Source of the DNA: Octopus vulgaris
Taxonomy: Eukaryota
DNA: 64,000 bases
Assembly (NCBI GenBank): GCA_951406725.2
Contig: OX597825.1
Location: 67,146,001-67,210,000 of the forward strand
Reading direction: 5' to 3'
The position numbers and the translations under genes are program-made. Every line of letters begins with the position of its first letter. The first letter of the stretch is position 1. Below are positions 53,000-64,000 of this stretch, one piece after another. The notes under the pieces are model-generated. The model worked only from the letters and a program-made list of their open reading frames with translations, ran no database searches and was not told the DNA's origin.

Positions 53000-53735
53000 A
53001 GCCATATGAGCGCCAAGGAAGAAACGATCCGATTGTGACAGCTAGGGATTTAAGGAATATTGGCGTCAAGTTACGTGGGAAGCCTAGACAATAAAACAAT
53101 TCCATTTTCACCACCTCCGCACTTCCTCGTGTAGCGAAACCATAAGAAATCGCATCCTCGGGACCACGGCTTCCGTGCGAGAACCCTTGACACTGCCTCC
53201 TCACAAGTGTTTGAGGCTTTAATTGGCTCAAAAGTACATAACTTTAGACATTACTTGCATTCTGTTCACTGACGAAAACTAGGGCGGCGCTTGACGAAAC
53301 TGGTGGTTGGGCAAATGGTTTGGTCTTTTTTGGAGATGTGTGTCATCAACGTGTACGATGTCAACAACAGAGTGGCGGAGTGATGTTGTGGGCTAGTATC
53401 ATTGGGGACAGATTCTTAGACCAGTCGGGGTGCCTGAAGGGGTTAAAGTGATCGCAGCCGCCTACTGCAATCTCCTGAAGAAGGTCTGGGATCCCTGACT
53501 CGACAAACTGCTGTCACTTCTAAGGAATCTTGTTTTCATGCATGACAACACTCTCTCTAACTCTGCTAGGACCACCCAAACATTCCTAGGGCCTTACGGC
53601 ATACAAGGTGAAAGATTGATGGTGGAGCCGCTAGCATCTCCGGATCTCATCTCTATCGAAAATCTTTGGTCTATCATTAAACAAGATATTTATGCCGATG
53701 GACGCCAATTTACGTCGAAAGATGTCTTATGAGCG
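53000..53735 (+). pseudogene. Decayed Tc1/mariner transposase with DD37E spacing
   Basis: LFTDE..RAALD..GGW, GGVMLWASI, FMHDN...SPDLISIENLWSIIKQDIY. There are 37 residues between the second D and the E. Confidence 0.8.
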
Positions 53736-54296
53736 AGAAAACTTATTGGTAAAAGGTTGTAAGTGTGTGGGGATGAATACAGTAGATTTATCCAATCCTT
53801 GTAGTTGACCACAATTTTTTCGATCTGTGAGGGTTAAAAGGTAAAGGAGACATTGATTGTATTCGAACTTCTGTATATAAAATGACTGTAATGCATCTTC
53901 TACAGACATCTGCTATCGACAATCACAGTAAAAATGTAAATAAACTACATGATTTTGCAGCTCAGCAATCTTATTTCCTGTACATTCTCACATATTCGGT
54001 CAATCTGGCATGTAAAAGTACAATCTGAAAAACAATAACGATATATCATTATGTCTATGTATTCGGATGCACCGATAATACTCTTTTAATATATTTCCGT
54101 AGAGTATTAGATTACATAAGTTTAAACAGGCTGCATGCCGTGAGAGACAATATATTTCGTCATGAGATTTGAAACCTGAACGTATTATGGAACATTAATG
54201 AAATGAGTATATAGTTTATTGCTTTAAAAGGGACATCATAGCCAACAGCTTAGAATAAAAATCACGTTGCAACATGAAACAACGACAGCAATCGTG

Positions 54297-54338
<42 letters not shown>

Positions 54339-54342
<4 letters not shown>

Positions 54343-54565
54343 AGACAAGTCAAAATAGAAAATGCTAAAATAATTTTATAAAGAACATTTCAGTACCGGT
54401 TTCGGTCATTTTGAGACCTTTTCAACTGTAACGATTAAATAATTAAATTTAGAAAAATTAGAAGAAAAGTTTTTTTAAAGGAATATTTGTATAGTAGTGT
54501 TCAAATGTAAGTGGCATTCTGCCTTTCTCTGACTCCCTTGTTTGCACTTGTGTGTTCGAGGTCGT

Positions 54566-54569
<4 letters not shown>
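54339..54569 (-). mobile_element. Solo ~230-bp Penelope pLTR copy between (TA)n tracts
   Basis: Reverse complement of 6397-6628 with few mismatches. Confidence 0.85.
54386..54433 (-). ncRNA. Minimal hammerhead motif, U3-A8 variant (identical to 6534-6581)
   Basis: catttcagtaccggtttcggtcattttgagaccttttcaactgtaacg is the exact reverse complement. Confidence 0.7.
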
Positions 54570-54605
<36 letters not shown>

Positions 54606-54904
54606 GCTTGTATAGATACGATATTGTTATCTGTTCTTGGGACAAAATTTTATTCTATATAGAAAGGCTTGTGTTTTCTTGTGAATATGATCTGGGCTAC
54701 AGCACGCAATACGTCTTAACGTCTTTGCTTCTACACTTCATCGTCCAGATGTGCTGTGTGTAACAAATGGAGCCCGTTATGTTGCTAATAGAAACTATAT
54801 TTCTTTCCCTATGTTTTCCATTATATTCTGCTGAGTTATCTGAGTTATCCTATGTGTTGCTGTCTGTGTTATTAATTCACCAAATGGACACGCTTAAAAT
54901 ATTG

Positions 54905-55300
54905 TTTTCTCCTCAAGGCACAAGGCCCGAAATTTTGAGGAAGGAGCCAGTCGATTAGATCAATCCCAGTACGCAACTGGTACTTAATTTATCGACCCTG
55001 AAAAGATGAAAGGCAAAGTCGACCTCTGTGGGGTTGGAACTCAGAATGTAAAGACAGACGAAATACCTATTTCTTTACTACCCACAAGGGGCTAGACACA
55101 GAGGGGACAAACAAGGACAGACAAACGGATTAAGTCAATTACATCGACCCCAGTGCGTAACTGGTACTTAATTTATCGACCGCGAAAGGATGAAAGGCAA
55201 AGTCGACCTCGGCAGAATTTGAACTCAGAACGTAGCGGCAGACGAAATACCACTTAGCATTTCGCCCGGCGAGCTAACGCTTCTGCCAGCTCACCGCCTT
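54905..55300 (-). mobile_element. SINE family B dimer (long-tail plus short-tail unit)
   Basis: Junction gacgaaatac|ctatttc at ~55066. Confidence 0.9.
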
Positions 55301-55318
55301 GGACACGCTAAAAATATT

Positions 55319-55393
<75 letters not shown>

Positions 55394-56442
55394 AGAAGAG
55401 AGAGAGAGAGAGATACGCACATATGCGTCTGTGCATGTGTGTTGAAATATATATTTATATTAGTCTCTCTCTCACACTTTGTTGCATCTTGTTGGCCGTT
55501 GGTATTCACACACAAGCTGTAGTAACTTCAGCATGCAATATTGTTCACACGCTTTTCTAAGTGCTCCAGCGCAATATCACGAAAAGGTCAAGAATTCATT
55601 TTGGTAGGTTAGTTTACATTGTATCACATTGCTACAATTGTTTCAGAAATCAAACCTATACTGTCCGTTTAATTTTTCTTTCTCTTTTCTTCTTCTCACA
55701 TCTCACTTATAATCATTTACCATTAACTGAAAACGTGCACTGATGCTAAACAAAGTATCACAATTTTGAATAAAATGTCTTAACGACATTTTTCATTTAC
55801 GTGCTTAAGATCTTGTGTCAACAACAAGATGTACAGCCGGCAGCTATTTATGTTTTATATTGTGTCATACACACTTGAACCTGTAATCCAAGGCTGTTAA
55901 ATATCATTGACTTTGAAGTAAATGCCAAGCGTAAGTAATCTGTAAACTATGTTCAAATTGCAATTTTACACATGTCATTTGAATTTTCTATTAGTATCTT
56001 TTTAATGACGTCAGTGACATAAGCTAAAAGATCCAGGAATCCACTAACGATGAGAAATAAGGAAAAGATACTTATGGTAAATGTTTGTGATTTAAGTTAA
56101 GCGTCAGCAGATTTGACGGGAGATGGATTACTCGATACCATTGACCTTACTACTTCACTAGTACTTTATTTTGTCTACAATGAAAGAATGAAAAGAAAAG
56201 TTGACATCGGTTTAAAACAAAGGCCTTTAAAAATGCAGAGAAAAGAACTGCCATATCGTTGCATCTGAATGTATGACATGGATTGCTGATCATTTTATTC
56301 TCGAGGGTTCCGAAAAGAAAGAGCGGTAGTGGATGAATGACAGTCAAGCCAGTACCCCAGTGACAAAAACGGGCCACCTGAAGGAGTCATTCCCACAGCA
56401 GGGAACCACTTCCTGAAATACGAAATACTGTAAATCTAGCAA

Positions 56443-56520
<78 letters not shown>

Positions 56521-56873
56521 CGCGTGTGGGTATGTTCCTTATGGATTCGAAAATATGGTTTTTAACCTGGGAATGAAACTTCGAAAATATACCGTCAAGT
56601 ATATTAGTATTTATTAGTTGATAATTTTTAATGTGAAGTATGTTTGTTTGCGTTAATGTTTTAATGTTTGTCTGATAGTCTTCTAATGTGAAGTATGTTT
56701 GTTTGTGTTTTGTTTAGCCCAGAGTTGCCACTGATGTAGCAGATCCATCACATATTTTTTTTCTTTTCTTTCTGGAATACGGTAAATCTGTATCTTTCTT
56801 TTGATGACAGGGTGTGTTTTAAAAGAGATTTGCCTGCTATTTGCTGTAGCTCAAGTTACCACAGACATACCTC

Positions 56874-56911
<38 letters not shown>

Positions 56912-57310
56912 GTGTGTGTGTATTTATGCGTGTGTTTGTGTGTGTGTGAGTGCATGTGTGTGCATGTGTGTATATGTATGTGTGTGTGTGTTTTGTAGTG
57001 GTGAAAAAGACACTTTTTTCTCAGAATATTTTGCACAATAATCTTTTGAGGATTCTGCTCATCTTTCTTACTGCTAATCATTCAACTTCAAATTACATCT
57101 AATGTTATCGTATAGAAAGGAAGTTCAATACGAAGATTGAACTCATTATCTTGCGGTTAGTTATCACACACACGTACTTGCGTGTACACTCTCTTTCTCT
57201 CCTGTAACTAACCCATTGAAGACTTTCACCCAAACTTCGATATAAAACATTTAAAACAGCATAACTATTATGTATCTGTTCACTTTCCTTGATAGATTCA
57301 GTTTAAAATA

Positions 57311-57538
57311 TTGGGCTGTCCAGAAATATTGGGCTGCTTTTTAAAGGAAAGAAAAAGGTCAATAAATACTTGCATTTTACGTTTTTAATTAACAAAATAT
57401 AAACCATTTTGTTGTACAATGCGTCTCCATCTTTCCTTTAACTTGAAAAAAAACCCTCTTCCCAGAATTGAGGTGCCTGGGAGGGTAAGTCTAAAGGTAA
57501 GCTATTATAAATCGGCACGAACTTTCCGGACAACCCAA
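57311..57538 (-). mobile_element. Mariner-derived MITE
   Basis: ta|TTGGGCTGTCC...GGACAACCCAA|ta. The internal minus strand retains the mariner C-terminus PQFWEEG..KLKERWRRIVQQNG. Confidence 0.75.
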
Positions 57539-59533
57539 TATAATAAATTTTGTAACGACGCTATTAACCAAAATGTAAACATTTACCATGTATAAGAATT
57601 ACTATTTGTTATAGCCTATATAATTATAAAGCTATATAATTATATTGCTATACAATTGGCGTGTTAAGATCAAATATTCCTTTAAATAGCAGCTTTGAGA
57701 AAGATAAGTTGTCTTAGTTTAAACATACAACCATAATGCGAAATTCCGAAAGTTGCGTCTAAACGATGCAATAGATTATTTCAGTCTCATTAAACTACTT
57801 AATGTTCGTTCGCGGTAATGTTAAGTGTGATTTCTGTTACATTACACAGTTCTATATACTTTTACAAATGTAGTCTTTCAACATTAGTTAATTACAACTA
57901 ATCAAATCTACATTGGTCAGGGTTAAACACGACTTCAATGATCAAACAAGAAGATATAATTCAAACGGAACGTAAACCCCGTAGAGATTAAATATTCCTG
58001 TGGAAAAATCGATTTAAACGAATAGGATTGTATAAATCACCGATATGATTATCAGGATCGCTGCATAATTACTGATTATCTTGGAAGCAATTAGTGATTT
58101 CAGATTGTTGTAAAAATAAGCTTCTACGAAAGTATTGGAGATCAAATTGATTGTGTTGTTTGAAAATTGCATGTGCTTTTGCATAGTCAGCATGTTATTC
58201 GGTGGTTGTAAACAAAACTCCTTTACTACAAGATGTCTCCCATGAGCATATAAACTAACTGCTGTAGCTGTCAGAGTCTTCAGATATTTGTTGTGTTACT
58301 TCGGAGCGTTGAAGGCTGAATTCAAGATTTGTTAATAGCAGGAGTTGTGAAAAATCCTCGGAGACATAGCGTTTACAAAGGAATTCTATCATCACTATAC
58401 CAAAGTTGTTTTTGTTTTTGTGGTTGTTGCTTTACTAAGCTCAAGGTTATCCCCGAATAGAGAAATCTATTATCAAAAGTGTTTCAAGTGATCCCTCATT
58501 TTGTATTTCTATGACTAGATTATCTAATGTACCCTTCCTTATTTAACCCTTCCATATTCATATTACTCAACCAAGTGTAATGCTGTTTTTATTTACTCAT
58601 ACCTTATCTCTTAGCTTTGAGATGTTGATGATGAAATTGTATATTTTTTAGAATGGCATTGTGTATTTCTAGAATAATATCGCTAGCTTGAACATAAAAA
58701 GGTAGAATATTTTCGCCGGTATGGCCCGTTTGAAAACTCTAGGTGAAATTGGTGACATATGATTTGAAAGTATTCAGCTGTAATTTTTAGCAGTCCTTGT
58801 AATGGCGTATAGATTGGCTTGTGTATCAAAGTTGTTCAATTATACGATGTTAAACGATCAATCATTTGCCAATCGTTATGACACATAATATGTACTTAGA
58901 ACGAATAAACTAAGCTTTTCGGGTTCACATTCGTAAACATGGGCAGTTTATCATGGCTAATAGAGGGATAACATTAACATTGAGAAATTCAAGACTGTCA
59001 TTTGATTCGCATTTCATGCGACTTCTGTTAAAAGCAAACCACAGAAATAAAACCAAAAAGTTGTGAATATACAATTTCTCAGATTTCTTCTTTCTTAAAA
59101 CACGAAGTCCCCCACCCTAATAGTGATTAATCACAGGTGAATTTCCGTACGTCAAGTTAAATGTATCATATCATATGCTTTTGTACGTTCACATTGCGCT
59201 TATTTATCCTAAAAGACCTTCCTTCTTGTGTGTAGTCCAATATCTTAATAATTCAACCGGATGCAATTTTGTTTCTCACAGAGGAATAAAAGTAATAAAT
59301 TAATAATATTGTTTCGTAATAATCCAAGGCTTTGGAGCACCAATGTCGGCTTCTCATAATATATACATCTCATATTGACATGAATATATTCTTCACTACG
59401 CTATACACAAGACAAGTGTTAAATTATCAACGACCAAGTATATTCGTGTGTTACACATGTTCCTATACCATATTTACTTACAAATATAAAAACATAGAAA
59501 AGCCGTTCGATTCACTTCAACATTTAAGTTTAA

Positions 59534-59583
59534 TTTGTCAAAATATTTTCGTCGCTAAAATCCGCGACCTGTTCACTGACAAA
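59534..59583 (-). ncRNA. Minimal hammerhead motif, G3-C8 variant (mirror copy)
   Basis: Exact reverse complement of 59709-59758. Confidence 0.7.
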
Positions 59584-59708
59584 GTCCGTGCTGCGAATCA
59601 AATGGCAGTCTTAAATTTCTGAATGTTAATGTTATCCTTCTCTTAGCCATGATTAACTGTCCATGTTTACGAATGTGAACCCGAAAAGCTTAGAGATGCA
59701 GCACGGAC

Positions 59709-59758
59709 TTTGTCAGTGAACAGGTCGCGGATTTTAGCGACGAAAATATTTTGACAAA
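59709..59758 (+). ncRNA. Minimal type-I hammerhead motif, G3-C8 variant
   Basis: TTTGTCA-GTGAACA-G-GTCGC ggatttta GCGAC-GAA-AATATT-T-TGACAAA: perfect 7-bp helix I, 5-bp helix II and palindromic helix III. Confidence 0.7.
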
Positions 59759-60163
59759 TTAAACTTAAATGTTGAAGTGAATCGAACAGCTTTTGTGTAT
59801 TTCTTAAATGGCTTATAAACACCTTCCACGCTGCAATTGTTTTCGTTTCAGCACACGATCTCAGATCAAACTACTTGCTATGCGAGTACATCTCCGTAAT
59901 AAAAACATATATACAGGGCTAATACGATTTTCATTGTTTTTCTCATACGCATTTCTAGTATTTTGATATAATAGTATGTTTGTGTGGTGAGTGTATCACG
60001 CTACGCAGTCTAGCTTTTAGTGAAATCCTCTCTGAATACCTTCCCACAACATATAATCTTCAGTAATATGTCTATAAATATTTACTCTGAATATTCAACC
60101 ACTTTTGTCGGTCTGAAAGCATCTATAAAGTTTCTGGTTCTGATTATCTTACATCGTTTAAAT

Positions 60164-60204
<41 letters not shown>

Positions 60205-60309
60205 GCTCGCTTAGCCAGCGGGGTGGCGTTATTCAAAGGCTAAAACAATGCGAACGCATTGTGACCAGCGATGTATAAAAACATCTGATGGTCTGGTCGG
60301 TCACGTGAT

Positions 60310-60690
<381 letters not shown>

Positions 60691-60939
60691 TAAGGGAATA
60701 TTTGAAGATAATGACAATAGACATAAATCGAAAATAAACCACATTTTCAACTACTTGTCGAGCTATATTTTTTATGCATGTTTAGCTCAATTAAAACTAT
60801 CGAAAGGGAATCGGTCATTATTTTACTGAAAACAGATATAAAGATAAATACTCTAGAATGCTGCTTCTGTATTGCAAATTGGAACCCCCCCTCTCTCTCT
60901 CTGTAATTTTAAATCGGAACCTCTCTCTCTCTCCCTCTG

Positions 60940-61210
60940 TAATTTTCTTTTAGTGCCTTATTACTTAACAAACCGGTTCAATTTCCTTTGACATCTTTTT
61001 TCTAAAATGTTCGTTGCATCTTGCGACCTTTTCAATAGTCGTTGACTTTCAAGGATGCAAGATGTAACGAACATTTTTTAAAAAAATAAATAAGTAAATG
61101 ATTGGAAATCGAACCGGTGAGTGTGTTAAGTAATAAGACACTAAAAGAGACTGACACAATAAAATGAGCTTCACATAAAGAATCTTGCAAACCAAATACA
61201 AAAACAAAAC

Positions 61211-61211
<1 letters not shown>
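60940..61211. mobile_element. Diverged relative of the 11834-12171 palindromic element
   Basis: Centre at ~61041-61043. Minus strand reads GACTA-TTGAAAA-G-GTCGC aagat GCAAC-GAAC. Shares the tail aatcttgcaaaccaaat.ca.aaacaaaa.g. Confidence 0.65.
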
Positions 61212-61247
<36 letters not shown>

Positions 61248-61430
61248 TGTGTGTATGTGTGTGTCTGTGTCTGTGTATATATGTGTGTTTGTGAGAGAGA
61301 GATCATCTGAAACTTTTATGTCCGCCTTCACTTTTAACATGCATACATGATATATATTTAAACCCAAGGTCTTTATGTGTTTGTTTGAATTATTGTCACT
61401 CTCTCTCGCGCTCTTTCACTCTCTCACTCT

Positions 61431-61468
<38 letters not shown>

Positions 61469-61654
61469 CGTGGCACTCCATCGGTTACGATGATGAGGAT
61501 TCCACTTGATTCGATCAACGGAACAGTCTGCTCGTGAAATTAACGTGAAAGTAATTCATAAATTTTGCATGACGCGTTCCGCCGGTTAGGTAACGTGTGA
61601 GCTAACATTTCTAGGACGTCAGCTATATAAATGTATTTGTTTCTAATAAATTCT

Positions 61655-61785
61655 ACTGAGGTCGACTTTGCCTTTTATCCTTTCGAGGTTGATAAATTAA
61701 GTACCAGTTGAGTGCTAGGGTTGATGTAAACCGTCTTACCCATCCCTCCAAATTTCAGGCCTTGTGCCTAAAGTAGAATAGACTA
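61655..61785 (+). mobile_element. SINE family B short-tail fragment
   Basis: Consensus match. Confidence 0.7.
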
Positions 61786-62172
61786 TTCCTAATAAAGATA
61801 CAGCGTCAGGTATATTAAGGAAAGAGACGTTCGATTTAGAAAATTCAAGGTAGATTCTTTTACTGAAAAGAATGGATGTTCTAGCATCTGCATTTCTTGA
61901 TCGTCATGTGATAATGACGAAATTAGGAAAAAGTGCTGCTTTCGCTTGGACTGGAAAGAAAGAAATGAGGAAAGAACTAAAGTTAGTTAAAAGAGAAACT
62001 TGGAAGACTGTGTGACAAGTATGACCAGGAAAATAAAAAGAAGCGGTACGGAATGTCCGGTTTCGGAGCTGAACGCAGGGACAGAAGTTCACAAAGTAAA
62101 AGAAAGGACAAAGAACTACAAACACAAAGGGATATGGAACCAAGGAAGCTGAGAAGATGAAGTAAGATATAA

Positions 62173-62215
<43 letters not shown>

Positions 62216-62240
62216 TGATCCCATTACTCGATTCCTTATT

Positions 62241-62594
62241 CGGTCGGTCAGGAGTCGGGACCCCCTTCGGTCATGACGCTGACCATGGGATTGCACCTAG
62301 AAAGTTACCCTCCTAGTCACCAGTCTGGGCAAGATGGTTTATGGAAGACCAGCAGTCGCCCATGCATACCGGCCTCCCCTCTCTACGCCACCGGTGTTAT
62401 CCAAGGGTAAGGCAAAGGAGCCGATACAGCTTGGCACCCGTGACGTCGCAACTCATTTCTACAGCTGAGTTATCTGGAGCAACGTGAAATAAAGTGTCTT
62501 GCTCAAGAACGCAACACGCAGCCCGGTCCGGGATTCGAGCTCACAACCTCACGATCATAAGCTCGACGCTCTAACCACTGGGCCATACACCTTC
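62241..62594 (-). mobile_element. Complete tRNA-derived SINE with 15-bp TSD
   Basis: ACTCGATTCCTTATT at 62226-62240 and 62595-62609. Minus strand has TGGCCCAGTGGTTAGAGCG (A box), GAGCTCGAATCCC (B box) and TTCTTGAGCAAGACAC. Confidence 0.85.
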
Positions 62595-63589
62595 ACTCGA
62601 TTCCTTATTACTTTATTGGTATCCGCTAGAATATAAATTCAAAACATTGTGGGATGTAATTACGTACTTGAATAGCGTTTCTGTCGTATCCCCAATTCAG
62701 CTCCCTCACCGTCAATTCACGATGAAGCATTTCATATGATAGACATGTATTTCAACCCAACTTCTTTATCAATACTTCCTAAATGTCTCCTATGGAGTTA
62801 TTTACTAGTCCTTTGGCAATTCTACCTATTTCTTAATGTTAGAGAATTACGTAGTAGTCGATATAACCTTCTTGATTCCTTTTAAAATGTTCCGTAATAA
62901 AATGCAAATAATATCCACTTAGGATAAGACAGATCTGCTGACAAGATTGAAAATTTGGGCTTCCCTCGGTGTAATAAAATCAATTTGACAGTATTAACAG
63001 ATATTAAGCTATATGCCTTTATCAACACTTATTTTCCCGACTCATGAATCCGAAATATTTAAACACGTAATGAGACAGGCACTCCGAATATACAATATGT
63101 TTCCGAAAGCCTACGTTCTTTCCTTGCCAGCAGCGTTTTATTTCCCTTCCTTTTCTGGCTTTTTAATAGGCACATATTTTACATATGTTGCCATAAAATA
63201 CAGAATTGTTGAATGTCGTCAAAATATAACCAATATTTAATGGATTTTCGTTAAGAAGCTAGAAAGCTGATTTCTACAGGATAATGTGATATAGATTGTT
63301 GATTTCAGAAAAGTTTATGCAGTTAGACTTGCAGCTACGTGAATGATGATGTAAGGCTAACCGACCAAAACCTTGTCGTTTCGCATCATCGCCATAACTG
63401 AAATATGTGAATCAATACGTTTATCTCTCTGGGACTCAATCCACCTTTCTGCAGGTAAATACATGTTGAAGTTACTTCTCCCTAATAGACAGGGCGGGAC
63501 ATTAGTTTTTCTGAATTTTGCAGTGGTAAGTTCAAATACACTGGCAAACAAAACTTGAAAAGTACTCTCTCTTTACTCTTTACTCTCTG

Positions 63590-63944
63590 TTACTCTTTTA
63601 CTTGTTTCAGTCATTTTACTGCGGCCATGCTGGAGCACCGCCTTTAGTCGAGCAACTCGACCCCGGGACTTATTCTTTTTGTAAGCCCAGTACTTATTCT
63701 ATCGGTCTCTTTTTGCCGAACCGCTATGTAACGGGGACGTAAACACAGACACATACATACATATATATATATACATGTATACGACAGGCTTCTTTCAGTT
63801 TCCGTCTACCAGATCCACTCACAAGGCATTGGTCGGCCCGGGGCTATAGCAAAAGACACTTGCCCAAGATGCCACGCAGTGGGACTGAACCCGGAACCAT
63901 GTGGTTGGTTAGCAAGCTACTTACCACACAGCCACTCCTGCGCC
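63590..63944 (-). mobile_element. SINE family A copy
   Basis: Consensus match with an internal deletion. Confidence 0.9.
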
Positions 63945-64000
63945 TTGTAATGAGTGTTCCATATAATATATCAACAATTGTATATAAAAAAAACAAAATT

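Larger units (their letters stand above)
59497..59899. mobile_element. Head-to-head palindromic Penelope pLTR-like element with two hammerhead motifs
   Basis: Arms ~59497-59594 and ~59698-59794 differ at one base. The spacer is an inverted copy of 58910-59011. Confidence 0.8.

Overview
AT-rich, microsatellite-dense, non-coding animal DNA. The repeat families resemble those I associate with octopus/coleoid cephalopod genomes (inference, not checked). I cannot support any intact host gene, and almost all listed ORFs are microsatellite read-through. The window is a mosaic of three or more tRNA-derived SINE families, decayed LINEs (Dong/R4-like RLE elements in (TTA)n, RTE, CR1-like), Tc1/mariner remnants, a Chapaev-like transposase remnant, GG..CC foldback MITEs with 8-bp TSDs, Helitron-like elements and Penelope-like fragments. 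Three observations stand out. (1) Several short Penelope-associated families carry minimal type-I hammerhead ribozyme motifs whose 3:8 core pair is compensatorily swapped (U3-A8 in two families, G3-C8 in another), with palindromic helix III, often as head-to-head palindromes. (2) A 2-kb ORF1/gag-only retroelement is bounded by a perfect 17-bp TSD and shares its 3' end with the most abundant SINE. (3) That SINE forms tandem arrays with one recurring junction, suggesting it inserts into itself.
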